DNA of 63,278 nucleotides, the filler included, from Olpidium bornovanus S191 (Eukaryota > Fungi > Olpidiomycota), in NCBI GenBank assembly GCA_017911155.1. It is 30 parts of 30 records of this genome, joined end to end, with 100 filler letters (N's around TTAATTAATTAA, not from the genome) between each part and the next. Parts side by side here need not be neighbours in the genome. Positions count along the whole stretch, not along the records: positions 55,480 to 60,379 come from JAEFCI010010263.1; positions 60,480 to 61,502 come from JAEFCI010000709.1; positions 61,603 to 63,278 come from JAEFCI010010804.1; 27 more parts are not named here. One strand, 5' to 3'. Made by a program: the position numbers and the translations under genes. The notes beneath the pieces were generated by a model. That model made no database searches. It saw only the letters and a list, made by a program, of their open reading frames with translations, and was not told the origin of the DNA. This document shows positions 57,408 through 63,278 of this stretch, piece after piece (the first letter of the stretch is position 1; each line of letters begins with the position of its first letter).

Positions 57408-59878
57408 TGTATCAAAGTCACGTGACCTCCTCGCCTTCATTTGAGGCAAATAACGTGACTTTTGCGAACGTAAACATTCCGTCACTCCGCCGGAAACCGT
57501 CTCTCGTACCCCGTCCCAAAAAGAGCCGATACAAGGAAGAGTTGAACCATAGAGGCGTCACCGTTGTCGCCCTCCATCGTTGCCGTTCCCCACAAGGTTA
57601 TGAGCCCAAAGACTTCAAAAGATGCTCCTCAGAACGCACTTCCTCCGCGGCGCGAGTCTTCGTCGCTTAAACCCTTTTTCCCGAACACTTCTCGGCGAGC
57701 ACTTCCTCTGCAACACGAGTTTCCGTCGCTGGAGTCTTCTTCCCCGAACTTACCCACTTCGAAGGGAAGTACCGCAGATGACCCAAACATACGCTTTACT
57801 AAAGAAACATTCTCCTCCACTGCTGAAGCGCGCCAACAAGCCTATTCTTTCTGCAAACTGGAGAACACCTTGTTCGACGAAGTGATCCAAACGGCCAAAG
57901 AGAGCATGCCAGAGCCGCGTGGCGAGAAGGACAGCCCGAAAGAGCGGTGATCGCGCAACGTTCGCGACGATGACGTCACAGAACTAAAAATAAAATTCCA
58001 GAACATCTCTTTCCTGTTCCAGGAGCAGCAGAAAAAGAAAAGCGGACACGTGAGTTCAATGAAGAACGTCGCTACCGACGTCCAAAGCGCAAAAAGGAGA
58101 AGAAACTCCGTCGACCTTATTCCAAATTGGATTCTGAAATGTTATGAACGCGGGCGCGTTTTTGTTCTTCGTGAGGGAGTCTTATGCCCTTCGTTGTTTG
58201 TTTTGAAGAGAACATTAAAAAGGGAACGGAGGGCTATGTATGCTGTGGAAATAGGCCACGTGACTGCACTAGTGGGATTTGTCCAACACCCCCCTCCCCC
58301 TCGCCGATGTCTCCACCAAAAGGGGCGGCGGCGAAATTATCCGTGAAAAGGGTAATGAAGAAAAGTGAAAACGGATGTAGCATGCGTGGAAAAATTAAGA
58401 AAGACTGTGAAACGGCAAGATCCTTGGCGCGCGCACTCCCCGCTTGTGGCTTTGGTACCCCCCTTGACGCCGATCACGCAGACCTTGCCGAAGCCGGGAG
58501 AATCGAGCGCGAAGGCTGGGCGCGAATCAGAGGAGAGCAGTAACGACATTCATAGCCGCGCGATGGCGGATGAAGACTGGTGCGCGTAGTCCCTTCGTGA
58601 GCAAACCTGCGATGTTGTTGCGTGAAGTGATCGCGATCGTGTTGATCTGTTTGTTCTTGACGCATTCGCCAACAAAGAGATGCTTGATTTTGATATGCCT
58701 GTTGTGGTGGCCGATTCCAAAGTTAGCTCAATGAAGAGCTGTTCGGACACGGCATCCGAGATCGAGAGAGAAAAGTATAGTTAATGTATTGACTCACTCT
58801 TGTATTTTTGACGCTATCAAGACCTACCTGGCGCGGTACATGTCCAACCCCGGGCCGAGCCACTGGCAAGCAGCCAAACGTGTATTATGCTACCTCAATG
58901 GCATGCACTCATACGGTCTACGCTTTCAGCGTACCACAAACGCGACACCGACTTCACAGCGAACAACAATTTCGACTGGGCTTGCACGGCTGATGATCGA
59001 CGTTTTGAAAAGGCGGATACATCATTCGTTTCAGAGATGTGACAGTTGCCTGACTGAGTGGATGACAGACCTGCATCACCCACTTGTCAAACTAAAGCAC
59101 AAATCATGGCAGCTCCATACGCATGCAGAGAGCTGGCATCGTTCACACAGCTCTCAAACACTCCGCGAAACAACCATAGTGCGATCCCGCTACATATTGC
59201 GGAGCAGCAATGATTGCTTAAGACAACATGCGACTTTCCAGAAAATTAAAACACATGGATCTACGGGAACTCTACGTACGCGAGTGCCACGACGCAAGCC
59301 CGGTCGCCATCGTAGAAAACACGTCAAATGAAAACTTGGCTGACAGGTTCACGAAAGGCCTACGTGCACCGGACTTCGTCCGATTCAGAGAGAGCATCAA
59401 CATCGTTGATTTCCACGTTCATGTTGATGCAACGCACATGAGTTCTGTTTAAACATCCCGAACGCGATCAAGACTTTGAGAGTACACTAAACCTTGTTGT
59501 ACCTTCTCTTTCTTGTTTCATGGTCAATCACCAAGACGGAGTTGAGGGCTAAGCCCAATTCATGCGCACCGTCTCTCAAGCCCCCGATGCCAGACTTCCC
59601 CCAAAAAAACCCCCTTTCACCCTTTTTTTTTTCTTTCCGCGTCTTGTCCCGTTTTTTGCTCTTCGCCTGGTTGCCATAATCTTTCCTTTCCTTAACAAGT
59701 AGATGTACCGTGCGAGGGAGGGTGTTGAACCAAATCACGTGACCTCTCCAGACGTAAACACTCCGCCCGTCCGCTGGAGACCGTCCCTCCTTTCCCATCC
59801 CCAAAAAGAATCAATACAAGGAAGAGTTGAACCATAGAGGCGCGACCGTTGTCGCCCTCCATCGTTGCCTTTCTCCAA
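57408..59878 (+). mobile_element. Internally deleted, degenerate copia element with both LTRs
   Basis: 5' LTR at about 57408-57594, PBS at 57596-57607, RT remnant LARYMSNPGPSHWQAAKRVL, RNase H KHMDLRELYVRE...NLADRFTKGL, PPT GAGGGAGGG at 59714-59722, 3' LTR from 59723. The two LTRs share TCACGTGACC and ATACAAGGAAGAGTTGAACCATAGAGGCG...CCATCGTTGCC. Confidence 0.85.
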
Positions 59879-60258
59879 ACCTTCATCCAGAGACGGCCGG
59901 AAAATCTTTTTCAGAACGAGTGTTCGACATTTGCTAAAATACATTCGAACAGTGACGATATTAAAAAAGATGATTCGATCACAGCCACTCAATGTCTCTC
60001 ACTGTTCTCTCTTTGGTCGCCGCTCTCCCTCTCTTACGCTCTCATTCTCTCTCTCTTTCTCTCTCTCTTTCGCTCACTTCCCTCTCTCTCTCCGCTCTTT
60101 GTTTTCTCTCTTTCGCTTCTCTGCGTTCCGCTCCTCTTTCTCTCCCCCCGCCGTCTCTGGCACCACACACGCCCAATCCGCCTTCCTCGCGCGCGTCACT
60201 CGCCCCTCCCCGCTCGCCCCCCGCCTTCCCCTCACCTTCCCCCTCCGCCCCACATAAC

Positions 60259-60290
<32 letters not shown>

Positions 60291-61822
60291 GGCCGGCCTT
60301 CTCACGCCAAAAAGAAGTGGCGAGGGAGAGAGCCGCGGCTGTGGGTGAAAGGGAAGCAGGGGAAGAAGGAGGAGGAGGANNNNNNNNNNNNNNNNNNNNN
60401 NNNNNNNNNNNNNNNNNNNNNNNTTAATTAATTAANNNNNNNNNNNNNNNNNNNNNNNNNNNNNNNNNNNNNNNNNNNNCATGTTATCACTTTGTCCGGG
60501 AGAAAGATGGAAATGTGAAGCCTCTCATCGTTTCGAAGTGGTTAATCTTGACGCATTTCCCATTCGCTTCTCTTCAGCGGGAAATGGAAAGCCGCCAGGT
60601 TATCCAATCGAGAAGCCTGCCGAGAATTCAATGGTCAGCTTTTTCTGGGGTGGCCGGGTATATGAGGGAAAACTCTTTGCCGTCATTGGACATCGCTTGC
60701 TCCTTTCTGGAATTGCTTTTGTAAATCTGACACCTTCCGGTTTCTGCTTTTCTTGCCTGGCTCCCATTATCAATGACGGAAAAGGACGGCCTGCAACCAG
60801 ATAGGACGCCCGAGTCATGGTTTGCCTGGCGATCGCAGCGGCGGGAGCTGCGCCCAGCAACTCCAAGTCGGAAACGTTCACGGCGGTATGGCCGGTCGTC
60901 CCCGGAGTGGCGGGCACGCCAACCAGGGCGGGTCCTGCGGAGGTGGCGGTGCTGGCGACAAGGGCCGCGGTGGAGGCTGATGCAAGAATCGCCGCATCTT
61001 CGATTCAATGTACAACCGTGAAAATCAGAGCCCCGCCGGCGATGAAGACCGCCGGAAGCGGTCGGCCGCCCCGGCCACGTCGGGAACGGCGGCTGACTAT
61101 GAGGTGGCTGAGAATCACTTGGCGGATCTGGAGGGAAACCGCTCAGAAGGATCTGCTCGCAGCGGGAGAGCCGGACGATGACTCGCGACGCATTATCCTG
61201 CTTGCGACGCATTATCCGCGAAGACTTCAGCCGAGAAAAGGCCTTCTGCTATCCGTTTTCCTCTTTGGAGTTCGCGGCGCCGTGCCGGCGAGGCAAAGAA
61301 CTTTTTGTATTGATTAGCGGCAACCCACGGACTCCGCCGTCCTTCCTCCCGCCGTCCTCGGGCGCCAACCGCATTTGAAGAGCATGGGTTTGGTAGAAGA
61401 CGACGGACATTTTGATCCCCACTTTTCTTTCAAGAAAGCTTGCTTATATTCGTGGCTTCTGTCAGTGCGCCGGGAATGTTCCGCTGAACGGCAGACATAC
61501 AANNNNNNNNNNNNNNNNNNNNNNNNNNNNNNNNNNNNNNNNNNNNTTAATTAATTAANNNNNNNNNNNNNNNNNNNNNNNNNNNNNNNNNNNNNNNNNN
61601 NNCATGCCTTCGTGCTACTACTGCTATTAACCGGCAAAATACAAACACAACTCAACCTCACACTGGGTGTCAGAGACACAGGGCGGTCGTTTAATGGCAT
61701 CAAGCAACTGCGGCAGATATCGACAGCAAGGGCGGACCACACTCGGTGTTGGTCCATTTGCTGGCACTCAGACATTCTTAAGCCGTGGATCGGCATTTGT
61801 TTGCCCCGAAGGCTCTGCTCTT

Positions 61823-61859
<37 letters not shown>

Positions 61860-62164
61860 GCGATCTCAAGGGCAAATTCTGTCTAACTGTTCTCGTTAAC
61901 CGCGCCCGCAACAACGGCTGCGTGCCTTGAACGTCACTTTTTCTTTTTCATTTGTGCTGTCGTCGGGCCGATGCCAGATCAGCTTGCGGCAGGCTGTTGT
62001 GCAGCAAAAGGCGGCGGTGCCGCCCCAACTTGCAACTTGCGGGTCGCTATCTAACAAAACAAAACCAAAAGAAACACTTAAAACCTCGATTCCCCGGGGA
62101 ACGCTTCCCCGCCGCCGGTCCCGCCTGCCGCTCCGCTCGCGCCCCCGCCGAAAGATATTCAACA

Positions 62165-63278
62165 ATGAGCAAGCGCGTAGTAAGAATCGGGTGCGGTGCG
62201 TTGATCAATATCTGCTGGGCGGCGCGCGCGCGGTTGGAAGGAACGGAGGGCGGAGAGGGGAGGTGGGAACGGGAGTCAGGTGCAGGCGTTCGTCCAGCTC
62301 CGCGGAAAGTCCCTTGCGAAGAACGCGGCGGCGTCTTTGCGGTGAGCTTTCGAAATCGTCTTCCGCCGTTGTGCCTCCATAGAGCTGCCCAGTAGGGCAG
62401 GTTGCCGTTTCTTTCCTAGACGTGGCTGTGTCGTTTCCGGCGCTCGGCGTCGCGGTCTGTCCCCTCCGGGTAGCTGTCGTGTAACGGCAGCGCCAGCTGA
62501 TACGCGAGGTGACCGCCGCCTCGGATTTCTGTGCTCGTACGCCCCTCGCCGCACGCGCAGTCCCCGAGCATTTCTCGACAGTGTTCGACCTCGCCGCCAA
62601 AAATGGTCATTTCCTTCGGCGAGGACTTGAGGTGGACGTCGTGTTCTGCCCAGGTGGAACGGGCGAGATGACCCGGCTGCTCGTGGACGGAAAGATCGAC
62701 GTCGCTGCGGCGCTTACCGAGGGTTTGGTGGCTAGTCAGTTTACGTCTTGTTTCGGTAGATAAGTCGGAGGTGCTGGGGTTGGATTCTCGGAGCTCAATG
62801 GCCGGTTTTCTTCCTGTTCGGGCGGCCGCTGAATAACACCAGGCGTCGCGAACGGGGAGAACAGATTTAAGATATTTGGGACCCACGTCGACTCGCCGCT
62901 GTGTACGTCCGACAGTTAAACCCGTTACATTTCATTTGGGAACCCTGTTCCTCGCGTCCTGCCCGAGGTCCTTACACTGCGAGGGACCCTCTCTACCACC
63001 AGGCTGGGCGATTTCAACCGGTGCGGCGTCGTCGATAAAGTCCGTCCAGGAACTGCACGGATCACGGATCGGGGTAAGCCGGTTCGGCTCCGGCAGCCAC
63101 ATCATCCCATATGTCCTCGCCGATAAGGCCGGCTGGCTGCCCGTCAACGAGGCGGATAAGGACAGTGGTCCGAACGCGCTGTCAAAATTTGCGTTCGACG
63201 TGTTGCATAACTTCCAAGGCCTGCGTGACGGCGTCAACTCGGGCAAGGTGGATGCTTTCCTGTGGGAGAAGTTCATGA
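62165..63278 (+). CDS. Periplasmic-binding-protein type 2 fold protein (fungal Ca3427-like; NMT1/THI5/SsuA superfamily), 3' truncated
   Basis: Exons 62165-62195, 62561-62734, about 62843-62903, and 63003-end: RIGCVPEHFST...PGGTGEM...ALTEG...THVDSPLCWAISTG...IGVSRFGSGSH...LRDGVNSGKVDAFLWEKF. Confidence 0.88.

Noticed and set aside
1-63278. Gene cluster or operon-like system formed by neighbouring genes
   Set aside because: The contigs are unrelated and their order is artificial. Only adjacency within a contig is meaningful.

Overview
This window is not one locus. It is 30 short, unrelated contigs (about 1-5 kb each) joined by 29 artificial 100-bp spacers (44 N + TTAATTAATTAA + 44 N), so nothing can be inferred about synteny across spacers. 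The DNA is eukaryotic, GC-rich and intron-rich, with long homopolymer and microsatellite runs. Its gene content looks fungal; an early-diverging or zoosporic fungus such as Olpidium is my unverified inference. Spliced genes that can be reconstructed by hand, many truncated by contig ends: telobox Myb protein, alginate-lyase-family protein, casein kinase 1, AN1 zinc finger (CUZ1/ZFAND2), F-box protein, RanBP9/10-type SPRY protein, SAM methyltransferase, RING E3, equilibrative nucleoside transporter, UBL5/HUB1, SRP14, ABP1, L-arabinokinase-N-like glycosyltransferase, mL46, HSP20, GNAT acetyltransferase, cis-prenyltransferase, heme oxygenase and a Ca3427-like binding protein. About a dozen Ty1/copia, Ty3/gypsy and hAT remnants are also present. 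Two observations stand out. (1) A 311-bp miniature retroelement-like unit (12047-12357, minus strand) has a perfect 5-bp target-site duplication, 8-bp terminal inverted repeats, a copia-type primer-binding site (PBS), a polypurine tract (PPT), two NON-identical LTR-like arms and a complete tRNA cloverleaf inside the 3' arm. (2) A candidate herpes-UL9-like origin-binding helicase gene (6867-7970) has two predicted introns, both built from the same 22-bp palindromic hairpin, which is tandemly amplified five times in one of them. All family assignments come from motif recognition from memory; no searches were run.
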